From the NCBI RefSeq assembly GCF_009914755.1, contig NC_060928.1: 64,000 bases of DNA, one strand, 5' to 3'. The translations under genes and the position numbers were made by a program. Positions 28,271 to 43,284 of this stretch are shown piece after piece. The DNA is from the human T2T-CHM13v2.0 reference genome, Homo sapiens. A model generated the notes under the pieces. That model worked only from the letters and a program-made list of their open reading frames with translations, was not told where the DNA came from and ran no database searches. Positions within the stretch are counted from its first letter, which is position 1. Each line of letters opens with the position of its first letter.

Positions 28271-29167
28271 AGATACAATGAGATGAAAAAGTTTGAAAAA
28301 ATGAAAATGATTCCCTCTGAAAATCAGAATATCATTGGAGAATAGCAGTGGAAAGGTATATGTTCTACTCTTCTACCCTAAATAATAAAACATAAAAACC
28401 AGAGGAAGAGAATCCCATCTTCAAAGAAATAAAAAGACAGCCTTCAATCCCAAACTACAAACTATGAAATACCTGCTAAATGCTGTGAAATCTGGACCAA
28501 AATGGGGGAGGAGGCTGAGGGTAGATTTTCCTAAAAGTAAACATCATTGTCCTGAGAGGTCAATCTAATAACCTTTTGATAAGATCAGTGAAATCCGGAG
28601 GAATAAGCAGACCATAGGGGAATCCAGGAGTATCCCTATGGAATTACTATTCACACAGAAAAATAATAAAAAATCATTATCATTATCATTATTAAGCTTT
28701 TACTACTTGGCACTGTCCCAATCACTAAGCACTTTCAATGTATTGAATCACTTCATTCTCTCAACAACCTTCTGAAGTATGTACTAGTACTGTCTACACT
28801 TTACACATCACAAGGTAAGAATAAGAGCCAGGTTTTAATTTAGGCAATACAATTGCAGGGCCTACACTCTTCACTACACTATACAACTTCTCTAGTGGAA
28901 AGGAAGGTGGAATGGAAGGAAAAAGTTTAATGAGGTGTCACTTCCAGTCTCCTAGTTTAGGAGACTGCTAAGTGCAATTGGATTCAATCTCCAGATTTCA
29001 ACAGAGATAGCCTATGACTTTCAGGGCATCATTAAGAGCCACAACAAACTCTTAATACGAAAATTGAAGGGAGATGTCCCCTCTGAGAAAGAAAATAATA
29101 GGTTTGATGTTCTAAATTTTAAAATGAAGATGAAACAAAACTTCAGGATTCCAGCTTTCTCTCCTAG

Positions 29168-29493
<326 letters not shown>

Positions 29494-29837
29494 ACAAACA
29501 TCTTTTTTAAATAAAACTCGACTGCAACATAAACCCCTTTTCTATCTCATTGGAGTTGAACACAAGAGTACTATTCCCTTTGCCTTGGCGGCTAACTGCT
29601 AAAATTCTGAACATTTTAACACATTGTCTTTGAACACTAATATTCTGAGGTAGACAACAGAAACTGTCACTGTATCACCGGTGAGAAACACAAACCACCA
29701 AAGTTATACTGTCTATCCAGCGTTGCAAATCTGAATATCTGACTAATACTCAGTTTCACAGTCCAGCAATTTTAGCCAACAGTTCTTAAAACCTTTTTCA
29801 TCATGAAAAATTCTGCCTAAAAACAAATAATTTTTTA

Positions 29838-29958
29838 TGGATATGCCAATGGCCCTGATCTGATCACTATGCATTGTACATATCAAAACATCACTATATG
29901 CCCCACAAATATGTACAATTATTATTTGTCAATTAAAAAATAAAATTAAAATAAGAAA
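29838..29958 (+). mobile_element. L1MA-type 3' end fragment
   Basis: ccctgatctgatcact...atatgtacaattatt...aattaaaa tail. Confidence 0.7.
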
Positions 29959-29961
29959 ATA

Positions 29962-30297
<336 letters not shown>

Positions 30298-33200
30298 CTA
30301 TCCTAGTCAATATGACTTTTCATACTATTTTAAGTCAAGAGAACAGAGGTGCTAAATGGGAAAGAAAATCAGAGACAAAAGAAAACAAAAGTGACTGTGA
30401 GTTACCAAATGATATTATGGAATGGACTATAGTAAATAAGAAAAAAAGGGCCCTGATAACAGAGTGGGGAAAGGATGGACTATTTATAAGAGCAAGCAAA
30501 GAGTGATTAGAGGTTGTTGAAATTCTCATCTTATTAGGTTAAGTCATTTACTATGTGCCACATTTTGCCAATATCCAGCAGTATTTTACCTACAGAATTA
30601 GCAATATTATATAATTCAATTTAATACTTGGTGATGTCCTCATATTATTAAAACTTAGTTAAAGCCCTCAGTTCACAAACTTCTACATCAGAACAGGTGA
30701 CCTTATTTCACATCTCATCACAGGTTTATGACAAAGTTACCATTTGCAATCTCATCACAAGTTTGTGACAAAGTTACTATTTGTTTGCAATTTTAGGAAA
30801 TTTGTGCAAATAAACATCAAACCGACCTTAATCTGAGAAATCAAATGCTGTGGTGCCTGTCAACAGTATCAGGTTATATTTCAATTCAAAAGTACCAAAA
30901 TGCGTAGCTATTATATAAGAATAAATCTTACCACATATTCTTCTGCAATATATACTCTCAGCTTAAAGCCCCAAATTTCTTTTGTAAAAGGGGATTAAAT
31001 AGCAGAAATACAACAAAGGAAAAAAATACTAGGATGAGTTCAATCAAAATAGAGTACATTCTAGGCTCCCCATTTAACGTCATGAATTGGAGCTATTCCA
31101 GGATTAGGCAATGTTTTCGTGCTCAGAAGGAAGTAACACTGTACACCTCTGTCTTCCTGAGCTATTAAACAAAAGCACCATGTGATAACCTGTATTTTCT
31201 TAAAGTCTTATATATTTCTCCTTTCAGCCAGTTGATATGCAGCAGGCTATAACGTTTTGAGTATTCATCTGCTAACCTGTTGAAGGTAGACACCTTGAAC
31301 AGCACCAAGAGATCTGCATAAAACCCTTATCTTTCACTATCAATAGCATCTAAAGAGAGGATAAGAGAAGTCCTCTTAGGACAAAAGGCAAAAGTTGAAA
31401 GGCCGGCTGATTTCTCATCTCTCCTGATACTATATCCCCTACCCCAGTCCACTACCATAGGGTAGGTGATTATAGCACTGGATTAGGGGACATGTGAACC
31501 TAGAAACAGACTGAGAGTGCTGCCCTAGGAATAGTTGTTTCTTATTGTCCATATGCAGATATATGCATTACATATATAAATTTATGTAAATTTATATATA
31601 TGTATATAAATTTATATATTTATATGTATTTATATATTTATATTTCCCAGCCTTCTTTGCAGTAAAGTGTGGCCATCTGACTAAGTTAAGACCAAAAAGA
31701 TGTGTGGTAGAAGTTATATGTACTCCTTCCAGGCCATTTTCAACTTAAAGACAAGCTACTTCCCTGGATTTAGGGCATTTTCCAGCCTCCGACTGGCAGA
31801 CTCAACTTCCCTTATGCATCCCAGCATTACTCTGAAGGTGGGGAAGAAACAAGATGGAGCCTGATCCTGGAATGACTTAATGGAGCAGAGGCTAGACTAG
31901 TTCACTTACTTTGTGAGAGACAAGTATATTTCTATCTTATTTTAGAAATTATATATCATGGTATCTTTGTTATAGTCGGTTAACATTTATTCTATGGAAC
32001 AGGAAAACCCTTGCAAAAACTGGTAAAACTTTCTAATGCTTTTGAAAAAAAAAGCTCTCTTTCAAATTGTGCTGACAAACTCACACGTAAAAGAAGTCAA
32101 AATTTTGATTAAAATTTTGTCAGAAAATGATATCAAGAAAATACTAGATTCACTCTTTTTCCTATGAATTAGTTATAATCTAAATGGTTCTAAATATGAG
32201 GTAAACATATTTTCACTTTAGTTTTCAGGATAAAGTCTGAATCATTCCAGGTTTTTTCTCTTTTACTGTTTACTGTGAAATGTAACTGGATTCACTTTAA
32301 GTGGCAAATTCTGACACCAATTCTCCTCTGATAAGGGAATTTCTTGTATAAAACGAATATTTGTCTATTTCTTGCTACTGCAGAGGGAAACAATACAAGT
32401 GAAAATAATAAGATAAAACAAATTTCTCAGTGGGTACAGTGATTTTCAGGGCCTTTTACTAGGAGAAAGCATCAGAGTAAAGAATGTTTGGAAATTATAT
32501 ATAAGATAATCAAATGCCAATGTTTGTTCCTTGGCCACAGTATTCTGTTATTTTTAATATGAAACATTCATCCGTGTCTATATATTCTTTTCTCAATGTT
32601 TTTAAAATAGGAATGAAGAGTCCAAGTCATTAGTACATTCAATTTTTTTTTACAAATGAGAAACTTTCCTTAACAAAAAAAAATTTAAGAACAAAAATAA
32701 AAGAGAGAGATTCAGGAGGGTCTGACATATATTTAGTCTTAAGAGACCTCTCAACTGAAATGTATGAGACAATTATGGCAACTTGAATACTAACTCAATA
32801 TTGTTGATATTAAGGTTCATCGGTAATATTTGTTTGATGATATGAGGATTTGATGATATTAAGATAGTGTTCAGTTGTTTATGATTTGCTCTGTGAGTGT
32901 GTGTGTGTGTGTGTGTGTGATGGTATGGTGATTATATTTTTCAGAGTTCTTATCTTTTAAAGATATATACTGAAAAATTCACAGATAAAATAATGTCTGT
33001 GATTTGCTTCCTAATCTGAAGGGTATGGAAGAGTATAGACAAAATAAAATTGTTCATGAGTTGATAACTATTGAAGTTTAGTGATAAATACTAGGGGTTC
33101 CTTATATCATCCTATTTTTACTTATGTTTGAAATTTTCCACAATAAAAAGTGTTTAAAACATATTTACAGGAATAACATAGTTTTCCATGTCCCAGTCAT

Positions 33201-34149
33201 CAAACACTTCAGAGTTGATAAGAAAAAAGAGAAAAGGGTAAAAGCAGGAAGAGAAAGGAGGGAGGGGGAAAAAAGCACCAAAACAGACAAACAACACAAG
33301 AAAAAGGTGGATGGGCTCACCTTCCCCAAGGACCATTATTACTGCCCTACCTACCTCATCACAAATACCTTCCAATGGTCCCGGTGATTCCTGTGAGCCA
33401 GCAGAGCCTTGTGCTAATGTAATCTGCGCTACCTCTTCTCAGACATAAAGGAATATGTGATTTCTAGCTCCCAAAAATAAAACCACAGTCTAATGCAACA
33501 GTTGAACTCATTATAACTCCTCTCTTCCCTCTATGTCCTTTCCATTTCCCTGTTCAAGTTCATGAAAGCTGAAGTTCTTTTTCAAGTCTACATCATGATA
33601 AAAAGATTCTCTACAGACCAACAAAGTCCCAAAGCACAGTGGGCAGTCAGGCAAAGTGAGTATATTCAAATGGCAGACTTTTTATAAAAGAATCATTAGA
33701 AAGATTACCAAAGGTCGGCATCATAACTGGAACTGCAGAACACACTAGATCATAAAGGCACATTTGACCAGACAAGTATCTGCCCTTATTTCTAAAGCTT
33801 ATGGAGCTCAGTTAATGAAGAATTTCAAAAACTGAAATGCCAGCCATTACATACCTGATCCCTAACAGGAAAAAAAAAACTGTTAAAAACACTAATTTGA
33901 TAGAAAACATTCTCATAGATGATTTGTAACAAATAAAAATTATCAACTATACTCAAAAAGTATCATGGATGTATGTCATAATCTAACTACTGTTTGGAAA
34001 GTGTCTAATGACATTGTCATATGTCCCATCTCTGAGGAAGTAAATTGATAATGAACTTTCCTGTTCTTTGCTCTATTCATCATTGTCATTATCTGGTCCA
34101 CTTATAATATGTAGTGCTGCTGTTTCTGTTTTTTTTTTTAAATACCTGT

Positions 34150-34640
34150 AAATTCACTGACACTCTTCTCATGGGTCTATGTCACCTCCCCTTGAATTGG
34201 AGTAGGCTTATGACTCCTTTGACTAATACAGTATAGTAGAAATGTCTTGAGACTAGGACATAAAAGCCCAAGTAGCCCTGCTTGATTTTTTTGGACGTCT
34301 AGCTCTTTGAATATTCTCCCTCTTGGAACCCAGCCACCATACTGAGAAAAGCTCACTGCAAGGAGAGAAATCACATACAGTTCTATTGCAGAATTACTGC
34401 TGAGCCCAGCCTTCAAATCATCTCAGCCTAGAAGCCAGACACATGAGTGAGAGACCTTCAAATGATTCCAGCCCTTTGTGGTTCAAGTCACCCCCAGCCA
34501 TTAAAGTTTTCCAAGATAAGAGCCTTGACATCCCCACTGTGCACTAATTCTTAACCTCCAGAATTCATGAGGGTGATAAAATGGTTGTATCCCTTTAAGT
34601 CTTGGATGGTTTCTAACACAGCAGAAGTTTACCAGGACAT
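34150..34640 (+). mobile_element. MLT1-type MaLR LTR
   Basis: ggaacccagccaccat...gccagacacatgagtgag...ataaaatggttg. Confidence 0.65.
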
Positions 34641-36654
34641 ATAATATATGATAGCATTCTTGACCACCTCATTCTTGTTTCATTCATCTCTTATCCTCGT
34701 CAATTTTCTTCCTTCCCTCAAATGTTTCCTCTTCTTCACTCAACCATCTTTTTACCATTTTCAGTTCATGAGCTAATTTGTCCACAGAAATAATTTGAGA
34801 CATTCATGATTATTTATTCTGACATTTATTGCACAGTCATGATGTATTAGGAACCATGCATGAGGCACTAAGGTGGTTAACAAAGATGAACAAGAAATGA
34901 TCTTTGTTCTAGAGAAGAATGGGAAAAGAGTACCTTAAAAACAACGCATGACATTACAATCTATTAAGGACTTTAAAAGTGGTAATGTGCAGTGTCTTGC
35001 TACATTGGTAAAATAAGTCAATGTCCAATTTCTTCCAGTGCTGTGTGAAATTCTGAAAATCAAATTTACTTATATAAGCAATATGGACCCACAACAAAAT
35101 AAATTAATGTTTGTGTACATGTTACACGTATACATAAATCTCAATTCCATTACATATCAATTTCTCAAAAGCATATTTCCAAGTCTTCTTTTCCCTCTGA
35201 GTATTCTGTCTTACACAAGCCACACAAAATAAAATATAATATTTGGCCTGATCTAGCACCCAGAACACTGCCTGAAATATATTGGGTATTCGGTAAGTAT
35301 TTATCGGATGACAATGATTTCACTTTATCTAGCTTGCTGGTATTTACTTCAGAAGCCAAATCTCAAAGGTAACAGAAGCGTCTACTTCAGATCTTTCACC
35401 ATGTGTAGTTCCTCCTACTATCAGTGGGCAAATCTGAAAGAAAACTCTTATTTCAAAAGCCACACAGATAAGGAGGGACCATTGTATATTCATTTGCATC
35501 TTAAATTAGCAAAGTCTTGGAATCATAAGTTAACAAACAACTTACAGGATCCTTTTTTCTCAGAGATGCCCCTGATGATGAATTCTGTCCTATGCAGGAA
35601 GTTCTTTTTTTCTGAGGGGGACCAGAAGCTCAGAGATACTATCTCCAATGTGTGAAGTGATGGTATTTCAACCAAGCTCTCATGCTCTTGTCTCTTTAAT
35701 ATGACAAGTTTTTATCTACCATTATTCTAAATTTTCTATTAATATATAAAGTGAGCCTCATGATGTAAAGGAACACTCTCTGCCCTTAACTGACAAAGCA
35801 ACTAAGGACCAAACTTACAAACTCTGTGGGTCTTGTGATATCTGTAAGATTAATGGGGCTGAGGCTGATGAGCTCTAATGTTGTCTTTAGCCCCCAAATG
35901 TAATTATTCTACGTAGCTTGATCTAGAAACCCACTTGTTCCTCATTTTACTACTGTGTTAAACAGAAAATTCAACCACTGAGAGGGCAGGCCTGTACCTT
36001 TTGATATATTAAAAGACCCAATTTTTAATCTATTTCCTGAGACTGCTGGAGAAGACATAAGCAATGGTTCTTTAAACATCATCCCGAAGATCTTTTTTTT
36101 CCTGATGTCACCTGATGTCCAGTATCTTATTTCACTCATTATTTTTACTGGAAATTCTGGCCAAGAACCCTGATTTTAGTGGAAGGAACTTAAACAGGTA
36201 AGTCTGCTTAACCTGGCTGTAAATCTTAGCTTTGCCATTTATTTGCTGCATAACTTTACACAAGTTACTTAATTCCTTAGAGACTGCTTTCTTATCTGTA
36301 AAATGAGGATGATGATGATACCAACTCTAAAGGATTGTCATGAGAAGTAAGAGAAATGCACATAAAATTCCTTACACGCAGCAAACACTCAGGAAAGCAA
36401 TTGGTCAGTTGGTCATTGCCTCATCTTTATTCTGTATTGGTTCACATTTACACACTCAACAACTGCTAACTGAACACCTGCTAAATGCCAGATATGTTAT
36501 CAAAATAAAACATAAAACATGGCCATTAAGATACTCATACCCTAGTAAAAGGGACAGACACAACAGAAGCTAACAATTTCATTACCATGTGATCAGTGCT
36601 AGACCACAGATGGTTACAAGCTTCACCTCTGCCTGGAGATAAGAGGTGGAGAGA

Positions 36655-36894
36655 TCACTCTTAGGTGGGAATTGAACAATGAGAACAGTTGGACACAGGG
36701 CGGGGAACAACGCACACTGGGGCCTGTTGGGGGTTGGGGATCTGGTGGGGGAATAGAATTAGGAGAAACACCTAATGTAAATGACAAGTTGATGGGTGCA
36801 GCAAACCAACATGACACATGTATACCTGTGTAACAAACCTGCATGTTGTGCACATGTACCCTAGAACTTAAAGTATAATTAAAAAAAAAAAAAA
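36655..36894 (+). mobile_element. L1PA 3' end (5'-truncated insertion)
   Basis: Primate L1 3' UTR plus poly(A); TSD aagaggtggagaga/aagaggtagagaga. Confidence 0.92.
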
Positions 36895-37147
36895 AAGAGG
36901 TAGAGAGATAACCAGCAAAGGTGATGCCTGGGCTGGGCTAAAAAGCTGAGTAAGTTGGTAGATGGCAAGGCAAAGGCACATCCCAGGCCAAGGGCTCAGT
37001 GTTGTGAAATACAAGATGAGTATGAAGAAATACAAAAAGTAAGAAACAGCTTATATTAATTTAAATATATCCATTTTAATACTCCTTCCTCTCCCCACAC
37101 TCAATCCACATATACACGTTTCTATTATTTAAAAGAAACTAAAACCC

Positions 37148-37503
37148 TGTATTACTCCATTTTCACACTGCTGATAAAGACATACTCGAGACTGGGCAAT
37201 TTACAAAGGAAAGAGGTTTAATTGGACTTACAGTTCCACGTGGCTGGGGAAGCCTCACAATCATGGTGGAAGGCAAGGAGGAGCAAGTCACATCTTAACG
37301 TGGATGGCGGCAGGCAAAGAGAGGAGCACTTGTGCAGGGAAACTCCCCTTTTATAATCATCAGATCTTGTAGACTTATTCACTATCACAAAAACAGCATC
37401 GGAAAGACCTGCCCCATGATTCAATTACTTCCCACTGGGTCCCTCCCACAACACGTGGGAATTCAAGATGAAATTTGGGTGGCAACACAGCCAAATCATA
37501 TCA
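37148..37503 (-). mobile_element. THE1A/B-like MaLR solo LTR, sense to TEC
   Basis: Reverse complement TGATATGATTTGGCTGTGT...GGAGTAATACA; perfect 5-bp TSD AACCC (37143-37147, 37504-37508). Confidence 0.92.
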
Positions 37504-37926
37504 AACCCAAAATGACTTCTTTCCAGTCTTATGTTTATTTCTTCACTCATTTTTCAACAAAACATTTTATTTAAACTCTACTGTATATCAGGTACTGTGA
37601 CAGGGATATAACATTCCACATGGAAAACACAAGCTCTGCCTTCCCCAAGCTCACACTTCTGTGGAGTTTTGATCTAATTCCTCAAAGAGCCTTCCCCTGC
37701 AACATCCTTCTTCTCAAATACCACACACAGGACAGAGAGATATCATATCTAAGCCATTAGACAGCTGACTATGAGAGCTAGGCACTCTAAGATTAGAGAT
37801 CATTGGATTCAAACTTCTCAATTGAGAGGTGAAATAATTAAAGCCCAAACAGGCAGAGTTGAGAGATATCACCTCCCTCCCTTTGTTCATTAATACAGTT
37901 ATTAATATCTTAATCTTTAAAAATTA

Positions 37927-38225
37927 GGCCGAGCACAGTGGCTCACGCCTGTAACCCCAGCACTTCCGGAGGCCGAGGCGGGAGTATCACGAGGTGAGGA
38001 TATTCAGACCATCCTGGCCAACATGGTGAAACCCCATCTCTACTAAAAATACAAAAATTTGCTGGGTGTGGTGGTGCGTGTCTGTAATCCCAGCTACTCA
38101 GGAGGCTGAAGCAGGAGAATCGCTTTAACCAGGGAGTCGGAGGTTGCAGTGAGCCGAGATCGCGCCACGGCACTGCAGCCTGGCAACACAACGAGAGTCC
38201 TTCTCCAGGAAAAAAAAAAAAAAAA
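37927..38225 (+). mobile_element. AluS (AluSc-like)
   Basis: Dimeric Alu. Confidence 0.9.
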
Positions 38226-38743
38226 TTAAACATTGACTATAACTATTGTTTGAGAACTCTAGATTAAAATTATGAGTTTTCCAAATGTCATCCAAAAAGA
38301 CTTCACGTACACGTGTATACACACATACACATACACACACAAACACACATACACAAAAAAATCACACAGTCCTTTAAAGCTTCACCCCACCCAGTATTTA
38401 ATTTCATTAAGTAAGTTTATACACAGAAAACACTTAGAATAGTTACCTGGCACATAGATGCCATTTAAGTGCTTGCTATCAGTATTACTGTTTTAACTTA
38501 ATCTTCATAGCATTACTATTACTATTAATCGCTAAAACATTAAAATGGACAGAGTAGATGGCACTTTGACAGGTACAATTTTATAAATGAATAAATAAAA
38601 GCTAAGATAATATAGCCAAAATTATAAACATAATAATAACACCTTTGAGACAAGAAATCTAGTATCCTCATTCCCCGACTTCTAGGAAAAAAGTCTGGCT
38701 ACATTAAAATAGCTGAAGAGCTACATTAAAAACATTTACTTTG

Positions 38744-39035
<292 letters not shown>

Positions 39036-39109
39036 AATTATTTTTACGGATTTATCATTTTTATCTTGTCTACCTACAGAGAGAAATTGAGACATGTTTC
39101 AATAAAAAA

Positions 39110-40810
39110 AAATGCAGGAACAAAATTTAACCAAGGAAGAATGAGATTTTTGCACAGCAAACTACAAAACATTGTAGAAATAAATTTAAAAAGACCTAAA
39201 TAAATGGAAAGACATCCCACATTCGTGGATGAAAGACATGATATTGTTAAAATGGCAATGCTTCCCAAATGGATCTACAGATTCAATGAATTCTCTATTA
39301 AAATCCCAACAACCTTTTCTGCAGAACTGGACAAGGTGATTCTAAAACCCATATAGTAAAATTAATAGACAAAACTATCTTGAAAAAAAAAAAAGAACAA
39401 AATTGGAGGACTCACACTCCCAATTTTAAAATTTACTCTAATGGCATAGCAATCAAAACTGTGTAGTACTCCATAAGGATAGATATATAGATCAACAATA
39501 CAGAATTAAGGGTCCAGAAATAAAATCACACAACTGTGGTCAATTATTTTTGACCAAGATGTCAAGACCATCCAATGCGGAAAGAAAAATATTTTCAACA
39601 ATGGTATAGGGATAACTGGATACAAATAAATTTGGACCTCTACCTCACACCATATACAAAAATTAACTCAAAATGGATCAAAGATTTAATTAAAGAACTA
39701 AAATTGTAGAACTCTTAGAAGAAAACATAGGTACAAATTTTCATGACCTTAGATTAAGCAATGGTTTCTTAAATATGACATCAAAAGCATAAGCAAGAAA
39801 AGAAAAATAGGTAAGTAGGACTTCATCAACTTAAAAATTTTTGCGTGACATTATTGAAGAAGGTTACAAGAAGTTCCCACAGAATGAAAAACATATTTGC
39901 AAATGATATATCTGATAATGGTCTAGTATCCAGAATATATAAAGAACACTTACCGTTAAACAAGAAAAAGACAACCCAGTGTTAAAATGGGTGAAGGATT
40001 TGAATAGACATTTCTCCAAAAACATATATGAATGGTCAGCAAACATATAAAAAAATTTCAACACCATTAGTCACTATGGAAATGCAAATTGAAACGACGA
40101 GATACCACTTCATACACACTAGGAGGAATATAATCCAAAAAATAGAAACTGAACAAGTATTAGCAAGAATGTGGAGAAATCAGAACCCTCACACATTGCT
40201 GCTGGAAATGTAAAATGGTACAGGCACTGTGAAAAATAGTTTGGCAGTTCCTCAAAAGTTAAACATAGAATTTTCGTATGACTCAGCATTTCCACTCCTA
40301 GGTATATACCCAACAGAATTAAAAACACATTCACACAAAAACTTGTATGTGAATGCTCATGGCAGTACTACTCACAACAGCCAAAAAGTGAAAACAACCC
40401 AATGTCTGCCAACTGATGAATGAATAAACAAAATTTATATATTCATACAATGAAATATGATATTATTCTACCCTAAAAAGGAATGAAATACTGATACATG
40501 GTACAACTTGAATGAACCTTGAAAACATTATGTTGGATAAAAGAAGCCAGATAGAAACGGCAACAAGTTGTACTGATTACTTTTACATTAAATGTCTAGA
40601 GTAGGTAAATCCACACAGGCTGAAAGTGGGTTACTGATATGGAGGTGTGGGGTTTCTTTCTGAGATAATGGTAATCTTCTGGAATTAGATAGTGGCGATG
40701 ACGCATAGCATCATAAATATAGTAAAAATCACTAGACTACTCTGTAAAACGATTTAAATGGCAAATTTTATGTTAATTGAATTTATTCTCAATAAAAGTA
40801 ATTTAAGAAA
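39110..40810 (+). mobile_element. L1M (L1MB-like) 3' portion: decayed ORF2 C-terminus plus 3' UTR
   Basis: aaatggaaagacatccca, atctacagattcaatg, ccactcctaggtatatacccaa, ending tctcaataaa. Confidence 0.88.
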
Positions 40811-41074
40811 CAATACATGTACAACATGTAAATATACAGACAAGAATTAAAACTAAAAGGAGGAGTCAGAAACCAAAAGGCAGAAAGTGGAAAACAGAGT
40901 GGAACTCAGACTTATGCAGGGGTTGGTTCTCAGTCAGCACATAGGGTAAAAACTGAACACAGTCAATTAGCCTTGAGTCTTCCACAGGAGACACAGGTCA
41001 CACTGCAGACTGATACACTCTCTCTGGATATGTCCAACACAGTATCAGCAGAAATGTCCAGAAGCACTGGAAGT

Positions 41075-41500
41075 TCTATCAGTTAGCTTTTGATTAGAAC
41101 AAAAACAAAACCCACTCCATAATTAGTGGTGTACAAATAATAAAAACATATTGTTTCTCATGATTCTGCAGGTCAGTTGGGCTTTCCTGGCCTGGATATC
41201 TAGGGTGGCCTCATTCACGCTTCTGGCAATTATAAGCTATCAGCCAGGGCACACGTGGCTTCTTGAACAGGACAACTTGGGCTTGCTCCTACAGTCCTCA
41301 GGGTCCTAAGTGCAGTAAGAGAGAGCACGCACCCAGTACACAGCACATTGCATGTCTCTGAATGCTTTACATTTATTTGCTCTTGTTTCACTGGCAAAAG
41401 CAAGTCACAAGCCCAGCGTCAGTACGGGAGGTGACTACTCAAGGTGAGCAGACACTGGGAGGGGAATGATGCAGGCCTTTTTGCAAACAATCCAGCCCAC
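41075..41500 (-). mobile_element. MLT1-type LTR
   Basis: Reverse MLT1 motifs tctcatgattctgcaggtcag and ggcaaaagcaagtcaca. Confidence 0.6.
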
Positions 41501-43284
41501 AGAATAATCAATTTTAGGTTTTCTGGTTTGGGACTAAAGTATCTGGCATGGGCCTAGGGGTCAGTTTGTATAACAAGGTATGTATCTTTAACCACAAATC
41601 ACATTGAGCACTGTGAGATGCTCATGGATATCCTCTGCAGACTCAGGCAGACAAAGAGAGCACTAGGTTCACACGCCTCCAGTACACACCCCTTCTGGGG
41701 TGTATACTCATCAGGTGGAAAGATGAATAGGTTCATCTGCACTCTTTACATTGTTGTTTCTCTCTCTTTGTCTCCTCTTTCTTTTTTTTTTTTTTGGCTG
41801 GCCCACAGAGTTGAATTCCCCTAATTCATATATGCTTCAATTCTACTACACACTGAAAACCAGAAATCTGAAACATTTTGTGTAATCGTGTGTCAAGTTT
41901 GGAGCTTCTCAAAATATCAGAGATTAAAGAATTTTTTGAATGCTTCATAGAATAATAATGTTTATGATAAATTACACACCAGCTTATCAAAAGAAAAATT
42001 TTCCCTGTCACTAAACTCCAAAGAGAAACCAGTTTATGGGATCATAAAAGATAATGAAAGATATTACAAAATGTCTTCAACAGCAGTTTGGGCAGAAATC
42101 ACAAAAGTGCTCCTCAACAGGCTACTTCTTATATTAACATTTCATAATGGCTTAGTAAATAAAGCCTTAGTAAAGGCATTCCTACCTGGGCTGAGCTAAA
42201 TAGGTTGCTATCTGGTTAATTCAAGAAATAGGAATAAAGTACAGAAATAGGTAAATCAGGAATATGATCCTTGGTCTGTATCTGTTAAATATTATCTCAA
42301 GACCACTTTTGGCAAAACTTGAGTGAAATTCAGTTTAAGATACACTCTCCAGTATGTGACAGAAATGTAAATCTTATGTTCATGGTAATATTGTGTAATA
42401 TAATTTAAACAGCACGTTTGTAAAATTTTTTAAATGCTAGTATGTGCCTTCCTGATAGGCCAAGTATTTTATGGTGTACTTGGCTGAATGGCCCAAGGTA
42501 ACAGGAAACAGTCCCAAAGACCTATGGCTTCACAAAGGAAGTAATTACCTTTGGAGATTCCAACTTCATCTGATTTAAGCCCTGCTTCTTGACTTCATGA
42601 TCTTTCTGCTAACCCTGAGCTGAAATGTCTCAGATTACTATAACTAAGAATTACTAAGACCCTGGCAGGTGTCCTTTCAGTATTATTTCTGCCAAATCAG
42701 AAGGCTGTACATGGCAGAGTGGGAAAACTGTAGTTTTCAGTTCACAGCACAAATTATACAAGTAGACACTAATATTTTAAACTAGTGAAATAGAAAAGCA
42801 CATTCAAAGCACGATGTGAGTCTTATCAGTTACGCATAGACTAGAAGACTTCAGGGTGACTGGCTGATGGATTTCAGTAGATCCCAGCCAAGGCATGCAT
42901 CCTGGAATTCCAGCTGAGCCATCTATAGGCTGATAACTCCAAAATCTACATCTTTAGCTTTGACATTCTCCAGAACCTCAGATTGCTGTATCCAACTGCA
43001 ACCCTAACATCTTTATTTAAATATCTAGCAGGTATCTCAAACACAACACCACTTAACACAGAGCTCTAGATAGTCCCCTAAATTTTGCTCTTCATCCAGT
43101 ATCCAAGTAAATGGCCTCATCATCTCCCCAGCTGCTCAGCCAAGTATCTAGGCATTAGCTCTGATTCATTCTTTTCTCTCATACTCAAATCTAATTCATC
43201 AGCATGTTCTTTGGACTGTACCCCTAAATATTTCCTGAACCTATTCAAGATTCTCATTCTTCACTACTCTCCCATGAGTGCAAT

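Larger units (their letters stand above)
25545..28340 (+). mobile_element. HAL1-like (ORF1-only L1 relative) element, interrupted
   Basis: ORF1p coiled-coil remnant MTELKNSMEKLEHKIEKLSQ (26671 onward); no ORF2 seen; HAL1-type 3' motif taatatctacaattgaaaaagcaagaagtagcaa. Confidence 0.65.
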
